This document shows, one piece after another, positions 36,012 to 46,867 of a DNA stretch of 64,000 nucleotides; the first letter of the stretch is position 1; every line of letters starts with the position of its first letter. The notes under the pieces are model-generated. The model made no database searches. It worked only from the letters and a program-made list of their open reading frames with translations, and was not told where the DNA came from. Origin of the DNA: an uncultured virus (IMG/VR IMGVR_UViG_3300020469_000015). Lineage: Duplodnaviria > Heunggongvirae > Uroviricota > Caudoviricetes. The stretch is taken from the IMG/VR virus record IMGVR_UViG_3300020469_000015. One strand, written 5' to 3'. The position numbers were made by a program, and so were the translations under genes.

Positions 36012-37341
36012 ATTTCTCCTTCTGCTCTGGTTGTATTAGATTTTGTGCCGCTTGTTCTATATCAAACAATTTCATTCTACTTCTATCAACGCCAATAATA
36101 AACTTTCTATTCATTGTTGGATCGTTATATCTGTTCTTTAATTGTTTGACAAGCATTTGACCTGCCTTTTCTAATTCTTCACTACTAATCAACGCAAACA
36201 TAAAGTCTGCTGTTGCTGGTAAACCAAAACTTTCAGACGTGTCTTCTAAACCTACATCTGTGGATACAAAACCAGTTCTTGTGGTTTGTGTTGCCGTTAC
36301 AATTGGCACATTTAATTCTACTGCCAATCCTCTTAATTCTTCAGCGATTGCTTTAATGTAAGTATAACTGTTTACATTACTGCCTGCTTTAAATCTACTT
36401 GAAGCACAAATATTAATATAGTCTATGAATATAATATCTGGTTTAAAACTTTTCTTTAATGCCAATTCATTTACTAATGCACGATAATGATTTGCACCTG
36501 CACTAGCAGTTGGATATTCTTTGATGATAACTGTACCTGTTGTTTTGCCTTGTAATTGTACAATCTTGTCGTTAAACATTTTCTTATTTAACATATGTAA
36601 ATCTTCCATAGACACATTTAATAAGTTAGCGTCTATTCTTTCAGCAATTCTTTCCTCTGCCATTTCCATTGTGATATACAATACATTCTTATTATCAGAT
36701 AAGGCAGCGGCAGCTTGATGACACATGAATAAAGTTTTACCAACACCCGTACCTGCAAGAGCAACATTAAGTGTTTTATTTGGTAAACCACCTTTTGTAA
36801 CTTTGTTAAAGAAATCTAAATCAAAAGGTATTCTGTTTTCTTTCTTATGGTAATAATCAAATCTTTTTTCTATATCAGACAAGTAATCATGCCCAACATT
36901 TTTATCAAACGACACAGAAAGGGCGTCTTTCATTATTTCGGGTATTGCTTCTGGTGTTTGATTTTTATTCTTACCATCTAAGATATGAATACCTTCCATA
37001 ACTGCGTTATGAATGGCACGGTCTTTACAAAACTTTTCTGTAGTATTTGTTAACCAATCAATGTCAATGTCTTCTTTATTAAGTGTAGAGATTAAATCTA
37101 CAATAGATTGGTGTTCTTTTTCGTTTAAGTCTTTACGTTTACCAATATCTATTTGTAGAGTTTCTTTTGTAGGTTGTTTGTTGTATTGTTCAACAAACTT
37201 TAATATTTGAGAAAAAACAATACGCTCATTACGGTCTTCAAAGTATTCTGGTCTAATAAAAGGTAATACCTTTCTTGTATATACTTCGTTATGTATTAGA
37301 TTTTTGAGCGCTGTCCGTTCTATTCTCTCTGCTGTTACCAT
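35938..37341 (-). CDS. 41: replicative DNA helicase (gp41)
   Basis: LAGTGVGKT, ITMEMAEE, IDYINIC, SESFGLPATAD, KQLKNRY. Confidence 0.97.
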   Translation of the reverse strand: MVTAERIERTALKNLIHNEVYTRKVLPFIRPEYFEDRNERIVFSQILKFVEQYNKQPTKETLQIDIGKRKDLNEKEHQSIVDLISTLNKEDIDIDWLTNTTEKFCKDRAIHNAVMEGIHILDGKNKNQTPEAIPEIMKDALSVSFDKNVGHDYLSDIEKRFDYYHKKENRIPFDLDFFNKVTKGGLPNKTLNVALAGTGVGKTLFMCHQAAAALSDNKNVLYITMEMAEERIAERIDANLLNVSMEDLHMLNKKMFNDKIVQLQGKTTGTVIIKEYPTASAGANHYRALVNELALKKSFKPDIIFIDYINICASSRFKAGSNVNSYTYIKAIAEELRGLAVELNVPIVTATQTTRTGFVSTDVGLEDTSESFGLPATADFMFALISSEELEKAGQMLVKQLKNRYNDPTMNRKFIIGVDRSRMKLFDIEQAAQNLIQPEQKEKYVQHNPTKEETPEQKYKKFQDFQY

Positions 37342-37585
37342 CTTTTTCTACCTCTATTGTTAATATGTCACCAATGACATTAATGAAATTTTTATCTTCC
37401 GTATCTACACCACTTGGATTCTCTACAACGTTATATTCAAACTTTAATCTCAACTTATCGTTTTCTTCAACAGGTTGGACTTTGCCATAAGTATAAACAA
37501 CGTCTTTATACACACCATCAGTAATCCTAAAACCTGTAAGGTCACTTTTAGGATTTTCCATGTATGTATAATTAGGAGTTTCCAT
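37289..37585 (-). CDS. hypothetical protein at the g40 position
   Basis: Between uvsX and g41. Confidence 0.7.
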   Translation of the reverse strand: METPNYTYMENPKSDLTGFRITDGVYKDVVYTYGKVQPVEENDKLRLKFEYNVVENPSGVDTEDKNFINVIGDILTIEVEKDGNSRENRTDSAQKSNT

Positions 37586-38591
37586 AACTATATTCTTTGT
37601 CTGCAGCTTCGTCTAATTGTTTCATTACATCTTTAGTAAAATATTTTTCTGGATCAGCATATATGCTTTTCGCATATTGTTTAGTACCGTCTGGTAGTTC
37701 TATTCTTGTAGATACTTGTTTGAATATACCATGTTTAACTGCTAAGTCAACCAAACCATAGTGTTTATCTAAACCAGTATCGTATCTTAATCTTACATCA
37801 ACCATCATGTTTTCTTTTGACAATCTGGACTTTTGAGTTTTACAATGTATGATATTACCAACTACGTCTGTACCTTCTTTTTCTTTTTTCTTAGATAGAT
37901 ATACAATTGTACTAGCAGCATATTTCAAACCTGAACCGCCACCCATTTCTTTCATTGGCATATATGCACCAACTACGTCATATGTATGATTAGTAATAAT
38001 CATAGGTACTTTTGTTCTACCTAGTTTTAATGTTAATACTCTAAACGCAGCTTTAAGTATTTGTGCTCTAGTCATATCTCTAGTTTCTTTACCCTCTGCT
38101 GTGTCTTCTACTTCTTTTGTTGTTGACAACATACCAAGACTATCTAATACTAACAACAATGGTTGTCTATCTGCTTCATCTTGTTCATTGTATTTTTCTA
38201 ATACTGTTAATGCTTGATGTCTAAACTCTTGTACTGTAGTTACAGGCATAATTACCATGCGTTCACTATCAATACCTCTATCTTCAATAAGTTTTTTTGT
38301 TAATGCACTTTCACTTTCAAAGTAAATTACACCTGCATTTTTATTATTCTGTAAAAATTCTTTTACCATACCTAGTACAAAGAAAGTTTTACCTGTTGCA
38401 CTTTCACCTGCAATCGCCGTAATTTTATTACTTGGTAAACCACCATTAATACTACCTGATAGTAAGGCATTAAACATATACGAACCTGTGTCTATGAAAC
38501 TATCTACATCACCTGCTTCAACACCTTCACTTACTACACTCGCATATTCATTGCCAGTTTCTTTAATTATTTGTTTTAGAAAGTCCGCCAT
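37572..38591 (-). CDS. uvsX: RecA-like recombinase
   Basis: [23 protein letters not shown]. Confidence 0.96.
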   Translation of the reverse strand: MADFLKQIIKETGNEYASVVSEGVEAGDVDSFIDTGSYMFNALLSGSINGGLPSNKITAIAGESATGKTFFVLGMVKEFLQNNKNAGVIYFESESALTKKLIEDRGIDSERMVIMPVTTVQEFRHQALTVLEKYNEQDEADRQPLLLVLDSLGMLSTTKEVEDTAEGKETRDMTRAQILKAAFRVLTLKLGRTKVPMIITNHTYDVVGAYMPMKEMGGGSGLKYAASTIVYLSKKKEKEGTDVVGNIIHCKTQKSRLSKENMMVDVRLRYDTGLDKHYGLVDLAVKHGIFKQVSTRIELPDGTKQYAKSIYADPEKYFTKDVMKQLDEAADKEYSYGNS

Positions 38592-38784
38592 CTGTTTTCT
38601 CCTTTTGTTCGTTTTCTACTTTAAGCAAATGAAATTTTAACTTCTCATACAATTGACCTACTGCTGTCATTTCTTCAGGTTTAATTGCACCTCTTTGAAG
38701 TGTTGCTTGTATTATCTTAACCATTGTAAGATAATCTTCATTTGTTATCATTTGTTCTTGTGCTTTTTTCATTATTTGTTCCAT
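38563..38784 (-). CDS. hypothetical protein
   Basis: ORF track; first ATG overlaps the -10, so a later Met is likelier. Confidence 0.65.
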   Translation of the reverse strand: MEQIMKKAQEQMITNEDYLTMVKIIQATLQRGAIKPEEMTAVGQLYEKLKFHLLKVENEQKEKTDGGLSKTNN

Positions 38785-38811
38785 TATATCATACTCCTTT
38801 CAAATAGTCAA
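38783..38811 (-). promoter_or_regulatory. sigma70-type promoter TTGACT-17-TATAAT
   Basis: Consensus with extended TG. Confidence 0.82.
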
Positions 38812-38813
38812 GC

Positions 38814-39323
38814 TTAATTATAATTAATATTAATGTTTATTCTGGCATTAGCATTCGTACATGTGGTGCTTCTATGCCTTTCTTTTCCGTTGAAAAGCAA
38901 CATTCTATTTCTGATAGATGATATAAAACCATCATCTTCAAAACTTGTATATCCGTCATTATTATTAACATAAAATAATGCCGCTTTAACTGGAAAGTTA
39001 TCTCTATCTGTATGAAAGTTATGTTTTACTATTTCATGTGTTCTAGGATAAAAGTTAACTTTAGCACGGATAATTTGTTCATGTGGAATCTTTTCCATTA
39101 ATTTAGATACAATAGGTTCTGCCCAATCACTATTGCTATAGGATCCTGTAATAAGACTATGTGATAACATAAACTCACTATCATTCTTTGTAATACTACT
39201 TTGATAGTAATAAGGAAAGTTTGCTGATAGTAAAAGGTCTTCTAACCATTTTATATCTTTCTCAGGTAAATAATTATCGTATAATTTGTATTTCTGCTTT
39301 ATCATGCCAGATTTCAAGTTCAT
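38814..39323 (-). CDS. 2OG-Fe(II) oxygenase
   Basis: FHTD, LFYVN..DGYT, NRMLLF...RHRS, RININ. Confidence 0.85.
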   Translation of the reverse strand: MNLKSGMIKQKYKLYDNYLPEKDIKWLEDLLLSANFPYYYQSSITKNDSEFMLSHSLITGSYSNSDWAEPIVSKLMEKIPHEQIIRAKVNFYPRTHEIVKHNFHTDRDNFPVKAALFYVNNNDGYTSFEDDGFISSIRNRMLLFNGKERHRSTTCTNANARINININYN

Positions 39324-40398
39324 TTCTTATGTTATTGTTTTGTTTAAGTTTATTAAATCTTTTAGTAGCAAGTTTTTGCCACCATTTGATTGTATTCTCT
39401 AATGTAAACTTATCGTAATGTATACCTTTTTTAAGTTCGTCTGTTTCTCTTTTAAGATATTGTGGTACATTTTCATATCCGTAATCAGACATGTAAAATC
39501 TTTTCTGTTCAGTTAAGTCTCTAGTTTTATTTACAAACTTACTAAACTTATCATATAGATTGGCGTCATATTGTTTTAAGGATTCCTTAATTATAGATAC
39601 CATCTTTGTTTGTATTTTTAGTTTTCTACTACTTGCGTCAGCGTCAACTAAAGGTTCTCCGTTTCTTTCTGTAAACCAGGCATTCATTTTCTTAAATGCT
39701 TCACCATGTAATAATGGTAAGAAGTGACTATCTGTCAAACCTTTAAATCTTAAATAAGGTTTCATACCATCATACTGACTTGATGATTTACTACTACCAT
39801 ATAAACTTGTTGTTTCAAATAAACATATGTTAGTGTTATATTTCATATTTAGTATATCTCTCACATGATGACTACAGCATATCGCCGCTAATAGTTTACC
39901 ACCAAGATAATTATAACCAAATGGTTGTGTAGGTACAATTACAAATCCCATAATGGCACTATTGTTAAATCTACCCATTTCTTCCATGTCTGTAGTTTGT
40001 AAAGGTCTACCAAGATAAACGTTTCGTGGTTTACTATTAATCACAGGACTACCAAGTCTAATAAAACCTACAATAGTATTTGTAGTTGTTTCTGTAACTA
40101 ATAATCTAATTGACTTACCAGGTATACTTGACATGTTAGTATGACTAGATGTTTTGTTTAACATTCTATCAAATATTTGACCATTAGGTATCGTCACGCT
40201 AAATTTCATATCTTCAGGAGATATTTCAAAGTTAGCAAAAAACTCATCTTCATCTGCCATACCAGGTAATTGAAATGGAAAATTTTTAACTTGTTCTAAT
40301 TTTTGTTCTTTAAGATATTGGTCTATTCTTTCATATTGACCAAAGTATTCTATAAAGTAATTCATTGCCCATGTAGCGTCTTGGTTATTTAATATCAA
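39274..40398 (-). CDS. DUF4338/DruA-like (Mom/GNAT-related) protein, paralog A
   Basis: PTQPFGYNYLGGKLLA, ETTSLYG..SSQY; paralogous to 51566..52822. Confidence 0.65.
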   Translation of the reverse strand: MILNNQDATWAMNYFIEYFGQYERIDQYLKEQKLEQVKNFPFQLPGMADEDEFFANFEISPEDMKFSVTIPNGQIFDRMLNKTSSHTNMSSIPGKSIRLLVTETTTNTIVGFIRLGSPVINSKPRNVYLGRPLQTTDMEEMGRFNNSAIMGFVIVPTQPFGYNYLGGKLLAAICCSHHVRDILNMKYNTNICLFETTSLYGSSKSSSQYDGMKPYLRFKGLTDSHFLPLLHGEAFKKMNAWFTERNGEPLVDADASSRKLKIQTKMVSIIKESLKQYDANLYDKFSKFVNKTRDLTEQKRFYMSDYGYENVPQYLKRETDELKKGIHYDKFTLENTIKWWQKLATKRFNKLKQNNNIRNELEIWHDKAEIQIIR

Positions 40399-42872
40399 AA
40401 GAAATCCTCTAGGTTACTTGTTTCGCTTGCGTCAACTCGCCACTTGATTGCTTCAAGTATAAATCGTAATGGTTCCATAAATGATTTATTAAACTGTAAA
40501 TCATAATCTATAATTTTATGCATATCAAATTCTTTTGGCAAATCTGCAATGAAAGTAATTACATTTGCATTCCATATATTCTTTCTTAGATGTACAAACT
40601 TACCTTTATCGCCATTGTATATTCGTTGGTACTTATGTGCCACTTTATTAGTTTTTAATAAGTGATTATATAACAATGCACCTTTGACATGCATTGGTGT
40701 ACCTTTCTTGTATATAGATGTTGTGTCAGAATATTTTTCTATGTTGTTAATACTACGAGGGAAACCAATCTGTTCTGGCGTCATATGTTCAAAGTCACGT
40801 TTAAATTTTATTACAAAGTCTTTCATTTGTGTTTCATTACCAGACATTAATATTTTAAAACTCTCTCTTAACTTTTCTCTAACAGGTAATGGCGTTGAAG
40901 TTTTTACTGCTTCAATGCCCATAATTTTAAGTTTAGGTTCAGAATATTGAACACCCTCAGAATTATGAACATTTAGAACATATCTTTTCTTGGCAGTCCA
41001 GATACCTCTATCAGCAATCGCCTCTCGTTTCATAACCATTTTGTTTTCACTAACGTTCATATAATCGCCAAGTTCTTTATATACTTTTGCAATATATGGT
41101 TCTAGTCTTTCACTACAAAATGTGTCTAATGCTTTTACAATTTTATCTTTATCAGTTGCACCTGTCATCTTAACAAGTGGTGCCATATTGATGTACACAC
41201 TATCTGTATCAGACGCAATGATATAATCATCATCTGTATTATATAACTTGTTAAAGTATTCGTTTAATCTTTTTTCAATCCATTTAATGTTTAATTGACC
41301 AGACATAGTAATCGCTTCTGCTTGTCTATGGTCATAATATCTAAAGTATTTGTTACCAATTGCACCATAAGCACTATTCAAAGATATTTTTTTAGAGTGT
41401 TGTATGATATAAAACTTTCTTGCCAGTTTTTCATACTTCTTATCTTTTGTGTTAGCATACATTTGTTCTGCTTCTAACATTTTCTTTTTGTAAATAACTC
41501 TATCGTTATATTCTTTTTGTATAATTCGTGGCAACATACCTTGTACGTCTCGTTTATACATTGTGCCATTGGCAGCAATACAGTTACCGTCAGACGTGTC
41601 AACTTTCTTTTCAAGTAAGTCATCAATCAATATATCTTTTTGTTCTGGTAGTATAGTTTCAGGACTAATATTGTATTGCATAATCAAATGTGGATATAGT
41701 GAGTTCAAGTCAAACGATACAACCCAATCATGGAAACCTACTTTAGGATCCTTAACATATGCACCTACAAGTTCTTTTGCTTGAATACTACCAATCTTTC
41801 TCATTGGTACAATAATATCATCTTTTAATAATTCGTTGAATATGATTGTGTCCCACATTCTAACTTGTGAGAATACATCTTCAAAGTTTGCTTTTGCATT
41901 ATAAGACATAGTGATTGCAAGCTCAATCAGTTGTAATCTATCTTCTAGTTTATCAACTAGTTCTACATCAACAATATTGTAATCAATAAAAGATTGTATA
42001 TCATTTTGATACCATTCTTTAAAAGTGTCATATGGGTTTTTATCTTTTTGTTCGCCAAGTTCTACAAATGCAATATGGTCAAGTGTATATCGTTCTTGGT
42101 TCTTAATTGTAAATTTAGCATAGAGTTGTAGATAGTCAAGTTGTGCAATACCTAACAATCTAAAAAATGTAACTTGTCTACCGTTATGATATGCTTTGTC
42201 TTCGTCAACAATATCCCATGGCGAATATCTTTTAATTGAGTGTTCGCCTAATACTTTTTTAGTTCTATTAATAAGATAAGGTACATCAAAGTATTTACTA
42301 TTCCAACCTGTTAGAATATCTGGCGTATATTGTTTCCAGAAACCTAAGAAGTTTTTAAGTAAATCTTTTTCATCTTTACATTTAATATAATTAACATTCT
42401 TTTGTTTAACTGTATAATCAGCAAGACCCCAAACTAATATAGATTTTTTAATTTGGTCTTTAATTGTAATACAAATCATTTTTTCGTCAGCGTCATCTGG
42501 ATTAGGAAATCCATGTTCACTTTCTACTTCAATATCTATTGTATAAATTCGTAATTTGCTTTTGTCGTATTCTACTGTACCTTGATAATAGTCAGCAATG
42601 TATTGATATTGCCATCTATCTGTCCCGTATATAAAATTAGGATGCTCTTCATACCGTTTGATAAGCATTCTTGCTTCTTTGACAGTTTTACATTTACGAG
42701 CAACAAGTGGAGTACCGTCTAGTGACTTGTACTTTGTTTTGCCAGGTGATTTGTAAGGATGATAAATTGAAGGTACATAATGTAGTCTATCTTCAAATCT
42801 CTCTCCGTTTTGAAAACCACGGACAAGTAATTCATCGCCGTAAGGTGAAACATTAGTATAAAAATCTCGCAT
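40395..42872 (-). CDS. 43: DNA polymerase, family B (gp43)
   Basis: DIEV exonuclease, SFDLNSLYP, KISLNSAYG, SDTDS, KKRY. Confidence 0.97.
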   Translation of the reverse strand: MRDFYTNVSPYGDELLVRGFQNGERFEDRLHYVPSIYHPYKSPGKTKYKSLDGTPLVARKCKTVKEARMLIKRYEEHPNFIYGTDRWQYQYIADYYQGTVEYDKSKLRIYTIDIEVESEHGFPNPDDADEKMICITIKDQIKKSILVWGLADYTVKQKNVNYIKCKDEKDLLKNFLGFWKQYTPDILTGWNSKYFDVPYLINRTKKVLGEHSIKRYSPWDIVDEDKAYHNGRQVTFFRLLGIAQLDYLQLYAKFTIKNQERYTLDHIAFVELGEQKDKNPYDTFKEWYQNDIQSFIDYNIVDVELVDKLEDRLQLIELAITMSYNAKANFEDVFSQVRMWDTIIFNELLKDDIIVPMRKIGSIQAKELVGAYVKDPKVGFHDWVVSFDLNSLYPHLIMQYNISPETILPEQKDILIDDLLEKKVDTSDGNCIAANGTMYKRDVQGMLPRIIQKEYNDRVIYKKKMLEAEQMYANTKDKKYEKLARKFYIIQHSKKISLNSAYGAIGNKYFRYYDHRQAEAITMSGQLNIKWIEKRLNEYFNKLYNTDDDYIIASDTDSVYINMAPLVKMTGATDKDKIVKALDTFCSERLEPYIAKVYKELGDYMNVSENKMVMKREAIADRGIWTAKKRYVLNVHNSEGVQYSEPKLKIMGIEAVKTSTPLPVREKLRESFKILMSGNETQMKDFVIKFKRDFEHMTPEQIGFPRSINNIEKYSDTTSIYKKGTPMHVKGALLYNHLLKTNKVAHKYQRIYNGDKGKFVHLRKNIWNANVITFIADLPKEFDMHKIIDYDLQFNKSFMEPLRFILEAIKWRVDASETSNLEDFF

Positions 42873-42884
42873 AAACAATAATAT

Positions 42885-42913
42885 ATTATATCACAATTGA
42901 CTTAAAAAGTCAA
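42885..42913 (-). promoter_or_regulatory. sigma70-type promoter TTGACT-17-TATAAT
   Basis: Consensus; g43 ATG is 12 nt after the -10. Confidence 0.85.
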
Positions 42914-42920
42914 GCTCTTT

Positions 42921-43136
42921 TTAGTTAAAATACTTATTTAACATTTCTAGTTGGTCATCATATTCAGCAATGTGCTTCAACTCTTTTTCAATTGTTTCCA
43001 CATGGTCGCTGTGCTCTGCCACACCTGTGGCATTTCTTATATGTATTTCTACATTAGCAACATGCTTGTCTATATGACCTTGAGCATGTGACTTAAGCGC
43101 TTTGAGTATCTGCTCTCTTGCTTTCCATTCTATCAT
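42921..43136 (-). CDS. conserved small hypothetical protein
   Basis: HVANVEI...GVAEHSD..ETIEKEL; start at MIEWK after GAAGGA. Confidence 0.75.
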   Translation of the reverse strand: MIEWKAREQILKALKSHAQGHIDKHVANVEIHIRNATGVAEHSDHVETIEKELKHIAEYDDQLEMLNKYFN

Positions 43137-43554
43137 TATCTTTTCCTTCTTGTTCTGGTTTCTTACCAATGTTATACTTAGGTTCCAATATCCACTCTTT
43201 TTTATCCTTGTAAGGTAAAACTTTAATTTGTGATAATGGTGCCTTTTCTGTTATAGTACCAACCAATTCAATTAAACCCCAATCACTTAATAATTGAGAT
43301 ATAGTATTTCTTCGTTCAATATCATTAGTCATTATATTGCTTTTCTTACCATCTAAAGCAAATAATTCTTTGAAGTGTACAATAAAATATCTACCTTGTT
43401 TATGTAATATATGACAAGATTGGAATATCTTACGTTCTTTTCTACTTGCAACACCTATTCGTGTTAACGTCTCTCTAATTTTTAGGAAATCATCTGGCTC
43501 TTTGAGTTTGACCTCGAGCATACTTTCTGGTTTCCATTCTACAAATTCACTCAT
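43093..43554 (-). CDS. regA: translational repressor RegA
   Basis: DDFLKIRETLTRIGVA, QSCHILHKQG, VHFKELF. Confidence 0.96.
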   Translation of the reverse strand: MSEFVEWKPESMLEVKLKEPDDFLKIRETLTRIGVASRKERKIFQSCHILHKQGRYFIVHFKELFALDGKKSNIMTNDIERRNTISQLLSDWGLIELVGTITEKAPLSQIKVLPYKDKKEWILEPKYNIGKKPEQEGKDNDRMESKRADTQSA

Positions 43555-43940
43555 TTTTTCCCACCTTTATGTAGTTTGTCTTTAATATATTCAACCTGTT
43601 TTTTAGTGAGTAAATTGAGTGCTACTTGTGCTTTTTTGTTGCTATATCCGTAATATTGCTTAACCAGCTCTAGGTTTGCTAACTTACTAGCCTTCATCCA
43701 CTTACTAAACCTTTTTTGAGGTCTAATAGTATTTAGTAAAAACGCAAATTGCATATGCTTTGTGGCATGGTGTAGTCTATTCATTTCATTAGCAAACATA
43801 ACTGTATCAACAAAATATGAAAGACCTTTGTTTATAATAAAAGGTGGGTATTTCTTTTCCCATGTTTTATCATCTGTATCCATTAACTTCTTTTTAGACC
43901 AGTTAATAGATGTTAAGTAATCTGTTAATTTATATTCCAT
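43551..43940 (-). CDS. 62: clamp loader small subunit (gp62)
   Basis: YPPFIINK, ANEMN, KRFSKW, YYGYS; start at MEYKL after GAGG. Confidence 0.92.
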   Translation of the reverse strand: MEYKLTDYLTSINWSKKKLMDTDDKTWEKKYPPFIINKGLSYFVDTVMFANEMNRLHHATKHMQFAFLLNTIRPQKRFSKWMKASKLANLELVKQYYGYSNKKAQVALNLLTKKQVEYIKDKLHKGGKK

Positions 43941-44388
43941 AATAACACACCTCTTTAGGTTCAAAATAATACACATGATTAAGTATCGCCTCAATCGTAG
44001 GTCTTATTTCATCATCTTTTATATTATATAGTTCTCTTTGATTTTGGGTTAATTCAACATGTCTATCAACTAAAAATTCTTCTACTATCTTTTCTAGTTT
44101 TTTTATTTGATTATTTGTTTCACAAACTATTTCTGCATAGATACGAAAATCACAACCAGGTTGATTACGACTTCTTTGAAGTGCTGTTGCAAATTTGGCA
44201 CGACCTATTTTAAGTAAACCTCTAGCTTCAACACCAGTTTGATGGTCTATAATATGAGTTCGTGCAAAGTAAACAACAAAACGTTCTTTACCTGGATCCT
44301 CAAAACCACTATTGTTTTTAGTTTGTTGAGTTGATAATCCTTCGTCTATACGTTTTTGACAATAGTCTAAGTACCCTAAACCTATCAT
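43930..44388 (-). CDS. T5orf172/MUG113-like GIY-YIG-related protein inserted between g44 and g62
   Basis: VYF...LKIGRA...R...LEK...RELY pattern. Confidence 0.55.
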   Translation of the reverse strand: MIGLGYLDYCQKRIDEGLSTQQTKNNSGFEDPGKERFVVYFARTHIIDHQTGVEARGLLKIGRAKFATALQRSRNQPGCDFRIYAEIVCETNNQIKKLEKIVEEFLVDRHVELTQNQRELYNIKDDEIRPTIEAILNHVYYFEPKEVCYYGI

Positions 44389-45329
44389 TTGAATTTACAC
44401 TCGCCCATTATTTCAGTTAGGCAAGCGACCATATTCAATTCAGGATCAGCTACAAAAGCATTCTTATACTGATACTCTGCTAGTAATATAATCATAGCAG
44501 GTATTGTTTCAGGTTTTAATACTTCATAGAAGTTTTGATATAGTTCTTTATATAGACCAGTAGGATCCTTGTCAATGTTATCTACTACCCATTTTCTCAT
44601 GTCACCAAAGTGTTTATTAGATAACGCTTTGTTAAGACCTTGGATATTCATTTCAGCAATACTTACAAGTATTCCTGTGTCTATTTTACCACTTACACTA
44701 TAACGTTGTAATTCATTGATAGTTCTTCTAAAGTCTGGATAGAATTTTATAATTAATTCTGCCAATACTTTAGGATCAAACTCAATGTTTTCTTGTTCTA
44801 GTATTGTGGATAATCGTTTGTGAAATAAACCTGCTAACTTTTCTTTATCTTTTTTCTGAACAGAAAAATTGATAACAGTACATCTACTGTGGATAGCAGG
44901 TATGATTTTGTTTTTATAGTTACATGTAAAAATAAATCTACAGTTATTACTAAATGTTTCTATAAAGTTTCTTAATGCAGGTTGCACGGACTCAGCATTC
45001 ATATAGTCTGCTTCGTCAACAATAACTACTTTTGGTTTATTGCTTTCGTTTAATGAAACCGTACTGGCAAATGACTTGATTTGATTTCTTACAATGTCAA
45101 TGGAACGACCTTCGTCTGAACCATTAATCATCATTACATCACAATCAAGTTCGTTACATAATGCTTTCGCAATTGTAGTTTTACCTGTACCTGCTGTACC
45201 AGATAATAATAAGTTAGGTATTTCTCCTTGTTTTACTATCTGTTTAAATGTATTCTTAATTTCTGTAGGTAAGATACATTCATCAATCTTACTTGGTCGA
45301 TATTGTTCGACCCATAAAAAGTTTTCCAT
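44385..45329 (-). CDS. 44: clamp loader large subunit (gp44)
   Basis: WVEQYRP, GTAGTGKTT, DEAD, IHSRC, PDFRR. Confidence 0.97.
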   Translation of the reverse strand: MENFLWVEQYRPSKIDECILPTEIKNTFKQIVKQGEIPNLLLSGTAGTGKTTIAKALCNELDCDVMMINGSDEGRSIDIVRNQIKSFASTVSLNESNKPKVVIVDEADYMNAESVQPALRNFIETFSNNCRFIFTCNYKNKIIPAIHSRCTVINFSVQKKDKEKLAGLFHKRLSTILEQENIEFDPKVLAELIIKFYPDFRRTINELQRYSVSGKIDTGILVSIAEMNIQGLNKALSNKHFGDMRKWVVDNIDKDPTGLYKELYQNFYEVLKPETIPAMIILLAEYQYKNAFVADPELNMVACLTEIMGECKFK

Positions 45330-45347
45330 AATATAATCCTCATCTAA

Positions 45348-46016
45348 TTAGCCAGTAAATTTACTTGTGTTTTCTAAAGCAATCCAGTATTGAATTGGTT
45401 TTGATTTGTGTTTAAAATTACTAATTAATTTTGATGAGATAGATACATTGTAATCACCAGGTAACATTTTTAAATGTTCTGTTTTAAAATGAAACTCAAA
45501 TTTAGAGTTTGTTTCACCAACTTTAATACTAAAGTTATTAGCAGTATCATTCTTTTTATCAATTGCTGATAATGTGATATCACTACCTTTAGAAGTAATA
45601 GCGATATCTGGCAATTGTAACATTGACGCCGCTTTCTTCACTTTAGTTAAATCTGTTTCAGTTAGAGTAAACTGTACCTCTGCGTCAGGCATTTTTACAT
45701 CTTTTTGTGGAACAGTTAAGATTGAAGGATCAGCAAAGTAATATTTTGACTTTGTTGATGTACCTTCTTCACCAATAGATAACGATTTGTCATCAAAGGC
45801 AAACTGTGGTTTTGTAAATAAAGACATTACACCTAAAAACTCATTCAAGTCATAGATGGCGATATCTTGTGGAAAATCTTCACTTACATTTGCTGTAGCA
45901 AGGATATTCTTCATTGTAGAGATAGTCTTTAATTGTTTACCTGGTTTAATCATCAAGTTTGGATTAATCTCAGAAAAGTTTTTAAGTATCTCTTTTGTAC
46001 TTTCACTTAATTGCAT
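45348..46016 (-). CDS. 45: sliding clamp (gp45)
   Basis: LKNFSEIN, IYDLNEFL, YWIALE. Confidence 0.95.
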   Translation of the reverse strand: MQLSESTKEILKNFSEINPNLMIKPGKQLKTISTMKNILATANVSEDFPQDIAIYDLNEFLGVMSLFTKPQFAFDDKSLSIGEEGTSTKSKYYFADPSILTVPQKDVKMPDAEVQFTLTETDLTKVKKAASMLQLPDIAITSKGSDITLSAIDKKNDTANNFSIKVGETNSKFEFHFKTEHLKMLPGDYNVSISSKLISNFKHKSKPIQYWIALENTSKFTG

Positions 46017-46028
46017 TATATATTCTCC

Positions 46029-46340
46029 TTAGTTATTATTAAGTTTTTCAGACATCACACTACCAAGAGGACGTTCTTCTTCTTTGTAGTGGTCTTGGGA
46101 CAATTGTATTATGGCATAATGAATAACTTTCATAAGGTCTGCCTTATTCTTGCCTTCTTTTTTGCCATATCTTTGGGTATATTTCATAATATTACCCATA
46201 CAGAAACCATCACCATGTCCTTGGTCAATAATGTTTTCCGTAGATTGTCTTTGACTTTGTGCATAATGACCACCGTAAGTGTTATCAATATAATTCATCA
46301 CATCATCTAAGATAATTTTTTCTTTAAATTTATAGTTCAT
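46029..46340 (-). CDS. DUF3310-like protein
   Basis: HY...GFCMGNIMKY..RYGKK...DLMKVIHY. Confidence 0.75.
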   Translation of the reverse strand: MNYKFKEKIILDDVMNYIDNTYGGHYAQSQRQSTENIIDQGHGDGFCMGNIMKYTQRYGKKEGKNKADLMKVIHYAIIQLSQDHYKEEERPLGSVMSEKLNNN

Positions 46341-46347
46341 AATATAC

Positions 46348-46376
46348 ATTCTATCATAAAATCATACTTTTGTCAA
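46348..46376 (-). promoter_or_regulatory. sigma70-type promoter TTGACA-17-TAGAAT (leaderless start)
   Basis: ATG 7 nt after the -10. Confidence 0.8.
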
Positions 46377-46390
46377 GCCTGAAATTAATT

Positions 46391-46414
46391 AAAGGGCGGC
46401 GATTAAGCCGCCCC
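46391..46414 (-). terminator. intrinsic terminator after hsp20
   Basis: GGGCGGC/GCCGCCC stem then TTTAATT. Confidence 0.8.
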
Positions 46415-46420
46415 ATCTAT

Positions 46421-46867
46421 TTACTTAATCTCAAAAGTTTTTGCTTTCTTGTGGTCTGGAACAATTCGTTCTAAACCTACTTTAAGCAAACCATCTTTTA
46501 GTTCTGCACCTTTGACTTCAACGTCATCAGCAATCGTAAAGACTTTAGAGAAATATCTTTTAGCAATACCTTTGTGTATTGTTTCTGTATCTTCCTTTTC
46601 TTCGTCTTTAGGATATGGTTTTGATTTAATTGTTAATTGATTGTTTTCGTATTCAACTATAACATCATCTTTACTATATCCTGCTAATGCCATTTCAACA
46701 TCATACTTGTTACTGTCATGTTTAACAATATTGTATGGTGGGAAATTATTTGCTGTCAAGTGAGGAAGATGAGTTGTCATTTCGTCAAAATGCGAAAATA
46801 AATCATCATACCCTACAGTAAATGGTTTAAGTGAATTAAAAATAGATAGTGCTTTGTAATTGGTCAT
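46421..46867 (-). CDS. hsp20: small heat shock protein (Hsp20/IbpA-like)
   Basis: FPPYNI, EMALAGY, HKGIAKRYF, AELKDGLL. Confidence 0.95.
   Translation of the reverse strand: MTNYKALSIFNSLKPFTVGYDDLFSHFDEMTTHLPHLTANNFPPYNIVKHDSNKYDVEMALAGYSKDDVIVEYENNQLTIKSKPYPKDEEKEDTETIHKGIAKRYFSKVFTIADDVEVKGAELKDGLLKVGLERIVPDHKKAKTFEIK

Noticed and set aside
39274..40398. A complete Druantia defence system
   Set aside because: Only DUF4338-like domains are present; no DruE-like helicase or other dru genes nearby
14967..42872. Introns or inteins in nrdA, nrdB, g41, uvsX or g43
   Set aside because: All are continuous ORFs of normal length
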